Under the pieces are notes generated by a model. That model was given only the letters and a program-made list of their open reading frames with translations. It was not told the DNA's origin and made no database searches. A program made the position numbers and the translations under genes. Positions 1 through 7,123 of a stretch of DNA of 36,194 bases are shown here, piece by piece; the first letter of the stretch is position 1; the number at the start of each line of letters is the position of its first letter. Source of the stretch: Cyclobacteriaceae bacterium (GTDB taxonomy: Bacteria > Bacteroidota > Bacteroidia > Cytophagales > Cyclobacteriaceae); NCBI GenBank assembly GCA_041484175.1, contig JBGPGZ010000001.1:1-36194 (forward strand), given 5' to 3'.

Positions 1-2
1 GA

Positions 3-167
3 ATTCGCAAGACTTTTTTTGACTATCTCGATAATGTGTCCGGAGGCAATCCAAAGTTTAAAAATTATCAATACGGAAACGACCTGGACCTGGATAATTA
101 TTTTTTTGTGGGGGTTGCGCTCACGCGGACTTTTTACGATATCCCTTGCCCCAAGAGCCCATATTAG
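3..167 (+). CDS. 3' end (partial) of DUF6089/PorG-like outer-membrane beta-barrel protein
   Basis: Frame 3 reads IRKTFFDYLDNVSGGNPKFKNYQYGNDLDLDNYFFVGVALTRTFYDIPCPKSPY*. The RKTFxDYLDxVS...GN...D.YFF.G...CP pattern and the position upstream of uppS-bamA match DUF6089 genes of Bacteroidota. Not in the ORF track because it is truncated. Confidence 0.7.
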   Translation: MRKTFFDYLDNVSGGNPKFKNYQYGNDLDLDNYFFVGVALTRTFYDIPCPKSPY

Positions 168-198
168 TCATTGGTCATTAGTCCTTAGTCATTAGTTT
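164..198. repeat. heptamer tandem repeat, 5 degenerate copies of TTRGTCA
   Basis: TTAGTCA-TTGGTCA-TTAGTCC-TTAGTCA-TTAGTTT; the first copy contains the TAG stop of the upstream gene. Confidence 0.85.
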
Positions 199-338
199 GC
201 TTAATTTTCTTCAGTTTCGCCTGCTGCGATTGTATTTTGTTTCTCGAGCAAAGGGGTCGGGGCAATTGTATAACCGGTAGCGCTGTACCCAGTTTATTTT
301 GGTTGGGAAATAGAGGGATAAGTTTAAAAAAAATAGGC

Positions 339-346
339 TACTTTTG
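339..346 (+). promoter_or_regulatory. Bacteroidota -7 promoter element for the uppS-bamA-skp operon
   Basis: TACTTTTG matches TAnnTTTG and lies 7 nt before GTG 354. Confidence 0.6.
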
Positions 347-353
347 CCGTCTT

Positions 354-1097
354 GTGGCTTCTCTGAAGGAAAATATTGACTTTAATAATTTGCCAAGGCA
401 CATCGCCGTTATCATGGATGGCAACGGGCGGTGGGCCAAAGGAAAGGGGGCCGCGCGCATTTTTGGGCATCGCAATGCCATTCAGGCCGTTAAAGATATT
501 ACCGAAGGGTGCGGGGAGTTGGGTGTCAAATACCTGACGATGTATGCCTTTAGTACTGAAAACTGGGGAAGGCCCAAAGAAGAAGTTGAAGGGTTGATGG
601 AATTGTTGGTCAATACGCTTCAAAAGGAGATCAACACGCTTCATGAGAATCAGGTCCGCTTGTTAACCATTGGAAACATAAGTCACTTGCCCAGGGTGTG
701 TCAGAAAAATTTATTGGAAGCGAAAGAAGCGACGCGGAATAACAGCGGGCTTACGCTTTTGCTGGCCCTTAGCTATAGCGGACGCTGGGAAATTATAAAG
801 GCTGTAAAAAAAATTGTCGAGGATGTCGGCCATGGTACCCTCGATCCCGCTGAGATCGATGAAACGCTCTTTCCTCAATATCTTGAAACAGCAGGGATTC
901 CAGATCCGGAATTGCTGATCCGAACCAGCGGCGAAATGCGGATCAGTAATTTTTTGTTATGGCAAATTGCCTATACGGAGCTTTATATTACAAAAACCCT
1001 TTGGCCAGATTTCAGAAAAGAAGATTTATATGAGGCTATCTGTGCCTACCAAAAAAGGGAACGGAGATTTGGAAAAGTTTTAGACCCAACAGCGTGA
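354..1097 (+). CDS. uppS: undecaprenyl diphosphate synthase (cis-isoprenyl transferase)
   Basis: Motifs HIAVIMDGNGRWA, YAFSTENWGRP and LLIRTSGEMRISNFLLWQIAY. Start moved from TTG 237 to GTG 354 because of the promoter position and the expected length. Confidence 0.95.
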   Translation: MASLKENIDFNNLPRHIAVIMDGNGRWAKGKGAARIFGHRNAIQAVKDITEGCGELGVKYLTMYAFSTENWGRPKEEVEGLMELLVNTLQKEINTLHENQVRLLTIGNISHLPRVCQKNLLEAKEATRNNSGLTLLLALSYSGRWEIIKAVKKIVEDVGHGTLDPAEIDETLFPQYLETAGIPDPELLIRTSGEMRISNFLLWQIAYTELYITKTLWPDFRKEDLYEAICAYQKRERRFGKVLDPTA

Positions 1098-3826
1098 GGA
1101 TAATGAGGATACCCATTTTGGTATTGGTTGTTTTTGTGTTTTGCCAGAGCGTGAACGCACAATTCAGGAAAAGCCGTGAAAAAGGTCCAGCTCCTTCCGG
1201 AACGGAAGAAAGTCTGAATTACGCAAATCCGCAGGAATACTTTATCGCCGGAATTGAAGTTACCGGCCTTAACATTCTGGATAAGAATGCCATGGTGTCC
1301 CTCACGGGTCTCAAGGTCGGGGACAAGATCAAAATCCCTGGCGATGCGATCGCGAACGCCATCCGAAAAATATGGAAGCATGGCCTGGTTGGAGACGCTG
1401 CTGTTTTGGTCGACCGGATCGAAGGGCAGAACGTCTATCTGATCATTAAGCTAACCGAACGTCCCCGCCTGACGGATTTTTATTTTACGGGTATAAACAA
1501 ATCTCAACAATCAACGCTGAAGGACGATCTGAAACTGATCAGGGGGAAAATTGTGAATGACGCCACCATCCGGAATGCAGAGCTTTCCGTGAGAAAACAT
1601 TTTGTCAAGAAAGGCTTCCTGAATACGGTGGTCAAAGTCTCCCAGGTTTCGGACACTTTAAACCGGGGAGGCATCCGGCTAAAGATTGATGTCAACGTAA
1701 AAGCCAAGGTGAGAATTAATGAAATCCAATTTGCCGGCAATAAGGAGGTCCCCTCTTTTAAGCTAAAGAAGCAATTTAAGAAAACGCACGAGCACGCCCG
1801 GCTCTCATTGCATCGCGCTGCGCTAAACACCCTGGTTCATCTTAAACCCAGCACCATCAAACAATTTATGGACTCCAGTCATACAAGAAGCTGGAGCGAT
1901 GTGAGAGAATTCCTTGGAAGGCATGTCAAATTGAATGTCTTCAATGGGTCGAAGTTTATTAAGACCGATTATGAGGCTGACAAACTGAAGCTGATCGATT
2001 ACCTCAATTCTCAAGGGTACCGGGATGCCGAAATCAGGAGCGATACGGTCGTCAATTATGATGCCTCCAACATCGACGTTATCATTTCACTCACGGAAGG
2101 GCGCAAGTATTATTTCCGGAATATTATCTGGACAGGAAACTTTCTGTACTCCTCTGCGACACTCAACAAGATCCTGGACATCAAAAAAGGTGATGTTTAC
2201 AACCGTGAATTGATCGATAAAAAGACCACCTTCAATCCCAAGGGCGCCGACATTAGCGGGCTTTATATGGATGACGGGTACCTTTTCTTTCGCGTCCCCT
2301 GGGTGGAAGTGTCGGTGGAAGGTGATTCCATTGATGTTGAAATGAGGATATATGAAGGAGATCAGGCGATCATCGATGAGATTATCGTTAGCGGCAATGA
2401 AAGGACGAATGACCACGTGATCCGCAGGGAATTAAGTACCATACCCGGGCAAAAATTCAGAAGGTCAGACCTGATCCGCACACAACAACTGCTCTCTCAA
2501 ATGGGGTATTTCAACCCCCAAAAAATTTCACAGGACATCCGGCCCAACCCGACCGACGGCACGGTTGACATTGAATGGAAAGTGGAAGAACAATCCAATG
2601 ACCAGGTTGAACTCTCCGGAGGCTGGGGAGGCTACTATGGGTTTGTTGGAACCGTAGGATTGTCCTTTAATAACTTCTCGGCCCGCAATGTTTTTCATCC
2701 GGATAAGTGGAGGCCATTGCCGGTCGGGGACGGTCAAAAATTATCGCTTCGGGCACAAGCCAACGGACGTTCCTATCAAAGCTATAGTCTTTCCTTTACC
2801 GAGCCCTGGCTTGGCAGCCGCAAGCCGAATTCGTTGACCGTAAGTTTAAATCACTCGGTTTCGAGAATGCCGTACTCATACAGCAGCTACTCAAAAATTG
2901 ACTACACCAATGGCCCCGCTTTGAAACAAAGCGGAGTGACCATCGGCCTCGGACGCCGGTTGGAATGGCCCGATAATTATTTTTCCCTCACCAATTCCCT
3001 TTCGTTTCTGGTCTATAATTACAGCAACAATTATTTCAGATCAACGGCATTTCCCACCAATGGCACGACCTACAGCATGATGCTCAACACGACCCTGGCG
3101 CGGAATAGTATTGACAACCCGATGTTTCCGACATCCGGGTCTTCGATCTCCCTTGCTTTGAGTTTAACTCCTCCTTACTCCTTGTGGCGGGACCCCAGTT
3201 ATCTGAATAATATTGATCAGCGATACAAATGGATCGAGTTGAACAAGTGGATGTTTGATGCCAAGTACTACATCAAATTACTGGGCAGCAGCAAGCCTGA
3301 AGGAAGGAGCTTGGTGGTTGAAGCAAAGGCGCACATGGGGTTCCTGAGCACCTACAAGAAAGGACTTATACCGGGCCCGTTTGAACGTTTTATCATGGGC
3401 GGCGCCGGATTGGCAGGTGGCTTTAATTCCTTTGTTCTCGGTCAGGAAATTATTGGATTAAGAGGCTATCAGGATAACCTTGTCACGCCGCCCCTCTATG
3501 CCAAAAGAGGAACCGTGGCCACCACTCAAATCGACGGTGGGACGGTATATAACAAATTTGGACTCGAGTTAAGGTATCCAATCACAACGGGCCAAACCGC
3601 CACAATCTATGCCCTTCTCTTTGCGGAGGGAGGCAATAATTGGAATAATTTTGAAGAGTTTAATCCGTTTAAGCTGTATCGGTCCACAGGCATTGGTGCG
3701 AGGATATTCATGCCTGCTTTTGGGTTAATCGGCATAAACTGGGCTTATGGATATGATACCTTACCGGGTGCTCCCAAGCGCAGTGGACCTCAATTCCACT
3801 TTACCATAGGCCAACAAATCAGGTAA
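1094..3826 (+). CDS. bamA: outer-membrane protein assembly factor BamA
   Basis: Signal peptide, POTRA repeats (GNERTNDHVIRRE), barrel start ELSGGWGG, IGLRGY loop-6 motif, C-terminal FHFTIGQQIR; 4-nt overlap with uppS. Confidence 0.95.
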   Translation: MRIMRIPILVLVVFVFCQSVNAQFRKSREKGPAPSGTEESLNYANPQEYFIAGIEVTGLNILDKNAMVSLTGLKVGDKIKIPGDAIANAIRKIWKHGLVGDAAVLVDRIEGQNVYLIIKLTERPRLTDFYFTGINKSQQSTLKDDLKLIRGKIVNDATIRNAELSVRKHFVKKGFLNTVVKVSQVSDTLNRGGIRLKIDVNVKAKVRINEIQFAGNKEVPSFKLKKQFKKTHEHARLSLHRAALNTLVHLKPSTIKQFMDSSHTRSWSDVREFLGRHVKLNVFNGSKFIKTDYEADKLKLIDYLNSQGYRDAEIRSDTVVNYDASNIDVIISLTEGRKYYFRNIIWTGNFLYSSATLNKILDIKKGDVYNRELIDKKTTFNPKGADISGLYMDDGYLFFRVPWVEVSVEGDSIDVEMRIYEGDQAIIDEIIVSGNERTNDHVIRRELSTIPGQKFRRSDLIRTQQLLSQMGYFNPQKISQDIRPNPTDGTVDIEWKVEEQSNDQVELSGGWGGYYGFVGTVGLSFNNFSARNVFHPDKWRPLPVGDGQKLSLRAQANGRSYQSYSLSFTEPWLGSRKPNSLTVSLNHSVSRMPYSYSSYSKIDYTNGPALKQSGVTIGLGRRLEWPDNYFSLTNSLSFLVYNYSNNYFRSTAFPTNGTTYSMMLNTTLARNSIDNPMFPTSGSSISLALSLTPPYSLWRDPSYLNNIDQRYKWIELNKWMFDAKYYIKLLGSSKPEGRSLVVEAKAHMGFLSTYKKGLIPGPFERFIMGGAGLAGGFNSFVLGQEIIGLRGYQDNLVTPPLYAKRGTVATTQIDGGTVYNKFGLELRYPITTGQTATIYALLFAEGGNNWNNFEEFNPFKLYRSTGIGARIFMPAFGLIGINWAYGYDTLPGAPKRSGPQFHFTIGQQIR

Positions 3827-3827
3827 T

Positions 3828-4361
3828 ATGAGGGTTCTGAATCTAATTATTGCTTTTCTGGCTTTCGGCCTGAATTTTGCAAATGCTCAAAAGTTCGGAT
3901 ATATCGATTCTGATTTTATTTTGAACAAGATGCCTGAGTACGCCAAGGCGCAAAGCGAGATCGACCAGCTTTCGGCCTCCTGGCAAAAGGAAATTGAGGA
4001 AATGCAAAAGAAAGTGGATGGGCTCTATAGCACCTATCAGGCTGAGCAGGTATTGCTCACCGAGGCTATGAAACAAGAACGTCTGGACGAAATGAAGAAG
4101 AAAGAAACGGAATTAAAGGACTATCAAAAGAAAGTATTTGGATTCGGCGGATTATTTTTTTTGAAAAAACAAGAATTGATTAAACCTTTGCAGGATAAGG
4201 TGTTTGACGCCACGGAGAAGGTGGCCAAGGCCAATCGCCTGGCGATTATTTTTGACAAAGCGGGGGAATTGGTCATGATTTACACCGATCCTCGTCACGA
4301 CTATACCGATTTTGTCCTCGAAGAATTGGGACTAGGAGACCCAAATGATAAAGTAAAATAA
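3828..4361 (+). CDS. skp: Skp/OmpH periplasmic chaperone (paralog 1)
   Basis: AQKFGYIDSDFIL N-terminus, long helical body, DYTDFVLEELG end; directly follows bamA. Confidence 0.9.
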   Translation: MRVLNLIIAFLAFGLNFANAQKFGYIDSDFILNKMPEYAKAQSEIDQLSASWQKEIEEMQKKVDGLYSTYQAEQVLLTEAMKQERLDEMKKKETELKDYQKKVFGFGGLFFLKKQELIKPLQDKVFDATEKVAKANRLAIIFDKAGELVMIYTDPRHDYTDFVLEELGLGDPNDKVK

Positions 4362-4375
4362 AACAACCCATTTAA

Positions 4376-4915
4376 ATGAGAACGATCTTTTCCCTTCTTT
4401 TTGGTTTTGCGGCATTGGCGTCCCAGGCGCAGCCAACTCAGAAAATTGGCCATGCCGATTGGGATTATATATTCAGCCAATTGCCGGATTCAAAACAAAT
4501 TGAAAGCGAAATGAAGACGCATGAAAATCAGCTGCAAAACCAATTGAAGGCCAAGTATGCGGAGTATCAAGCAAAATTGACTGCCTATAACGGGCTATCC
4601 GCGACTACACCGGATGCCATCAAAAAAGATAAGGAGACGGAATTGACCCAGCTTCAGGAGAACATCCAGAAATTTCAACAGGATGCACAATCCTCGCTGC
4701 AGAAAAAAAATACCGATCTCATGGCGCCGGTTTTTACCAAGGTGGGTAAAGCCATTGAGGAGGTAGCCAAAGAAAACGGGTATTCTTATATTATCAACCC
4801 GCAACTGGTCGGTGGCGGGGATATACTTTTGTACAGCGATGAGAAGAATGATATTTCCGTGCTGGTGTTGAAAAAACTCGGTATTACACCTACGGTCCCA
4901 GTCAAGCAGAATTAA
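4376..4915 (+). CDS. skp: Skp/OmpH periplasmic chaperone (paralog 2)
   Basis: QKIGHADWDYIF, AIEEVAKENGYSYII, DISVLVLKKLGI. Confidence 0.9.
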   Translation: MRTIFSLLFGFAALASQAQPTQKIGHADWDYIFSQLPDSKQIESEMKTHENQLQNQLKAKYAEYQAKLTAYNGLSATTPDAIKKDKETELTQLQENIQKFQQDAQSSLQKKNTDLMAPVFTKVGKAIEEVAKENGYSYIINPQLVGGGDILLYSDEKNDISVLVLKKLGITPTVPVKQN

Positions 4916-4937
4916 ATTAACCTAAACAATTTTTGAA

Positions 4938-5486
4938 ATGAGAACATCCCTTGCAATAATTTTTTGTTGTGTCGCATTCGCGTCGCAGGCCCAGACCCAG
5001 AAAATAGGCTATGCCGATACCGAATACATTTTCAGCCTGATGCCGCAAATGAAGCAAATAGAAAATGAACTGAAGACGCATAGCGACCAGCTGCAAAACC
5101 AGTTGAAGGCCAAATACACGGAGTATCAGACAAAGCTGAATGCTTACAATGGCATGCCGGCCACCACCCCCGAAGCCATTAAGCGAGATAAAGAAACTGA
5201 ATTGACCCAATTGCAGGAGAACATTCAGAAATTTCAACAGGACGCACAAACCTCGCTTCAGAAAAAGCAAACTGATTTGATGGAACCCATTTATGCGAAA
5301 ATAAGCAAGACCATTGAAGAAGTGGCCAAGGAAAACGGGTATACCTTCATCATTCATACGCAATTGCCTGGGGGTGGTGATATTCTCCTGTACCAGGATG
5401 AGAATTATAATATCTCCAAACTCGTTTTGAAGAAACTCGGCATCACACCGCCCGCGGCATCTGCAACACCGTTAAAGCAGAACTAG
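4938..5486 (+). CDS. skp: Skp/OmpH periplasmic chaperone (paralog 3, tandem duplicate of paralog 2)
   Basis: QKIGYADTEYIF, IEEVAKENGYTFII, NISKLVLKKLGI; colinear with paralog 2. Confidence 0.9.
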   Translation: MRTSLAIIFCCVAFASQAQTQKIGYADTEYIFSLMPQMKQIENELKTHSDQLQNQLKAKYTEYQTKLNAYNGMPATTPEAIKRDKETELTQLQENIQKFQQDAQTSLQKKQTDLMEPIYAKISKTIEEVAKENGYTFIIHTQLPGGGDILLYQDENYNISKLVLKKLGITPPAASATPLKQN

Positions 5487-5488
5487 AC

Positions 5489-5544
5489 ATTCGCACGTCA
5501 CTCTAATTCGCAAATCGCCGTTCGCAATTCGCTATTCGCAATTC
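5489..5544. repeat. heptamer tandem repeat ATTCGCA (left arm)
   Basis: ATTCGCA at 5489, then ATTCGCA-AATCGCC-GTTCGCA-ATTCGCT-ATTCGCA-ATTC at 5506-5544. Confidence 0.8.
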
Positions 5545-5621
5545 TGCCCAATGCTATAGGCAGATCACCCGCAAAAGGGTTAACCTCGAGCGCAGGGCTA
5601 AATTGAAAGTATCCGGCTGAT

Positions 5622-5661
5622 TTGCGAATTATGATTTGCGAGTAATTTGCGAGTTGCGAAT
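5622..5661. repeat. inverted heptamer copies TGCGAAT/TGCGAGT (right arm, interrupted by the IS)
   Basis: TTGCGAAT 5622, TTGCGAGT 5636, TTGCGAG-TTGCGAA-T 5647-5661; continues after the IS as AGTTGCGAAT-TGTGAAT (7085-7101). Confidence 0.75.
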
Positions 5662-7084
5662 CAAGGTTGTCCGGGGAAAATTTAAAAAGAAACATTTAAA
5701 AGGGAGGCCTAGACCTCCCTTCATAGTTATTTTTGGGTTACGACACCAAACAAAAACAGCTATGAGCAAAAGTAGTTTTTTTACCGGACAGCCGGTACTC
5801 AATCAATTGCTTTCTTTAATACCAATTTCTCTTGTAAGGCAGTTGTCCAGGAAGCATAAGTCTGACCGGTATTACAAGAAATTCAGGGCTTATGACCATT
5901 TAGTAAGCATGTTATTCTGCGGTTTTCATCAGTGCAGCTCCTTGCGAGAACTTATTACCGGCCTTCAGGCCAATGCTCATAGGCTTAATCATCTGGGTTT
6001 AAGATATACACCTCGAAGGAGCACGCTTGCCGATGCTAACAAGCGACGTTCTGCAACCTTTTTCGAGGCTCTCTTTCATGGTTTGTTAAAGTTTCATTAT
6101 GGGCATTTACCGGACAGCCTAAAGGGTTCTAAACTTCGTGACAAGCTATTTATCATTGATTCTACCACTATATCATTGTTTTGTGATGTGTTAAAAGGAG
6201 CTGGAACTTATAAGCTTAACGGAAAAAAGAAAGGTGGTTTAAAAGCACATGTTCTGATGCGTGTACGGGATCAGGTGCCCTCCTTTGTATACTTGAGTGC
6301 TGCAGCACAAAGTGACCGGCTCCTTATGGAAATGCTGGATTTACCTGCAGGATCGATTCTGATCATGGATAAAGCTTATGTCAGTTACAAAATCATGGCC
6401 CGCTGGACGAAAAATAAAACTACATGGGTAACCCGCCTAAGCAAAAGTTTAAAATATACGGTTACTGAGCAAAACCATATCAGCGAATATCAATGCCAGC
6501 AAGGGGTTCGAAGCGATGATGTTATTCTGTTAGGCAATCCCCAAACTCAAAAACGAAATCCTCTACAAAAAGCCAGGTTAACAAGATTTTATGACCAAGC
6601 AAAAAAGAGAGAATTTCACTTTCTAAGTAATAATCTGGAGTTTAGTCCTCTTACTATTGCCAAGATATATAAGCAACGATGGGACATTGAAACACTTTTC
6701 AGGCGCATCAAACAGAATTTTCAATTCCACAACTTCTTAGGTGATAACGAGAATGCTATCAAAATTCAGATGTGGTGTACTCTGATCGCCGACCTACTGA
6801 TTAACATTGTAAAAGAACGAATTGAAAAGTTAAAAAAACGCAAATGGTCCTTTGCCAACCTCGCAGGCCTAATACGCCAACACCTTACTACCTACATCGA
6901 CCTTTTCAAATTTCTACTCAATCCTGAAAAAGCAATTTTGGGTTATTCAAATGAAGTATCAATGAATCAACTCAACCTATTTATAACCTGAGGGGGCTTT
7001 AATTTCAATAAAAACGTATTTCTTTGTGTCTCTGATCAAAAACAATAACTCTAAAACTTTTTCAAGATTGCCCGGACAGCCTTG
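5662..7084 (+). mobile_element. complete IS4-family insertion sequence (1423 bp)
   Basis: Left end CAAGGTTGTCCGGGGAAAATTTAAAAAG; right end reverse complement CAAGGCTGTCCGGGCAATCTTGAAAAAG. Flanking direct repeat AGTTGCGAAT at 5652-5661 and 7085-7094. Single transposase ORF; visibly more AT-rich than its neighbours. Confidence 0.93.
5762..6991 (+). CDS. IS4-family DDE transposase with DUF4372-type N-terminus (409 aa)
   Basis: MSKSSFFTGQPVLNQLL start, IIDSTTI (D1), IMDKAY (D2) and YKQRWDIETLFRRIKQ (Y-2-R-3-E-6-K signature). ATG 5762 chosen because the listed TTG 5636 lies outside the left inverted repeat. Confidence 0.93.
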   Translation: MSKSSFFTGQPVLNQLLSLIPISLVRQLSRKHKSDRYYKKFRAYDHLVSMLFCGFHQCSSLRELITGLQANAHRLNHLGLRYTPRRSTLADANKRRSATFFEALFHGLLKFHYGHLPDSLKGSKLRDKLFIIDSTTISLFCDVLKGAGTYKLNGKKKGGLKAHVLMRVRDQVPSFVYLSAAAQSDRLLMEMLDLPAGSILIMDKAYVSYKIMARWTKNKTTWVTRLSKSLKYTVTEQNHISEYQCQQGVRSDDVILLGNPQTQKRNPLQKARLTRFYDQAKKREFHFLSNNLEFSPLTIAKIYKQRWDIETLFRRIKQNFQFHNFLGDNENAIKIQMWCTLIADLLINIVKERIEKLKKRKWSFANLAGLIRQHLTTYIDLFKFLLNPEKAILGYSNEVSMNQLNLFIT

Positions 7085-7123
7085 AGTTGCGAATTGTGAA
7101 TGAATAGATAAGTCGATGAACTA

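Noticed and set aside
237-353. N-terminal extensions listed for uppS (and likewise for the transposase, prfA, the Fur-family gene and csaA)
   Set aside because: The extensions start at TTG codons upstream of the expected family N-terminus and, in most cases, run through promoter boxes or the IS end.
5544-5620. Possible cyclic-di-GMP-I riboswitch or tRNA in the structured core
   Set aside because: No GNRA-loop/receptor two-stem consensus or cloverleaf, and it lies 3' of convergent genes rather than in a leader.
5498-5695. 65-aa minus-strand ORF over the repeat/IS junction
   Set aside because: It spans the IS boundary and translates the heptamer array (RIANSELRTAICELE), typical of a repeat-derived open frame.
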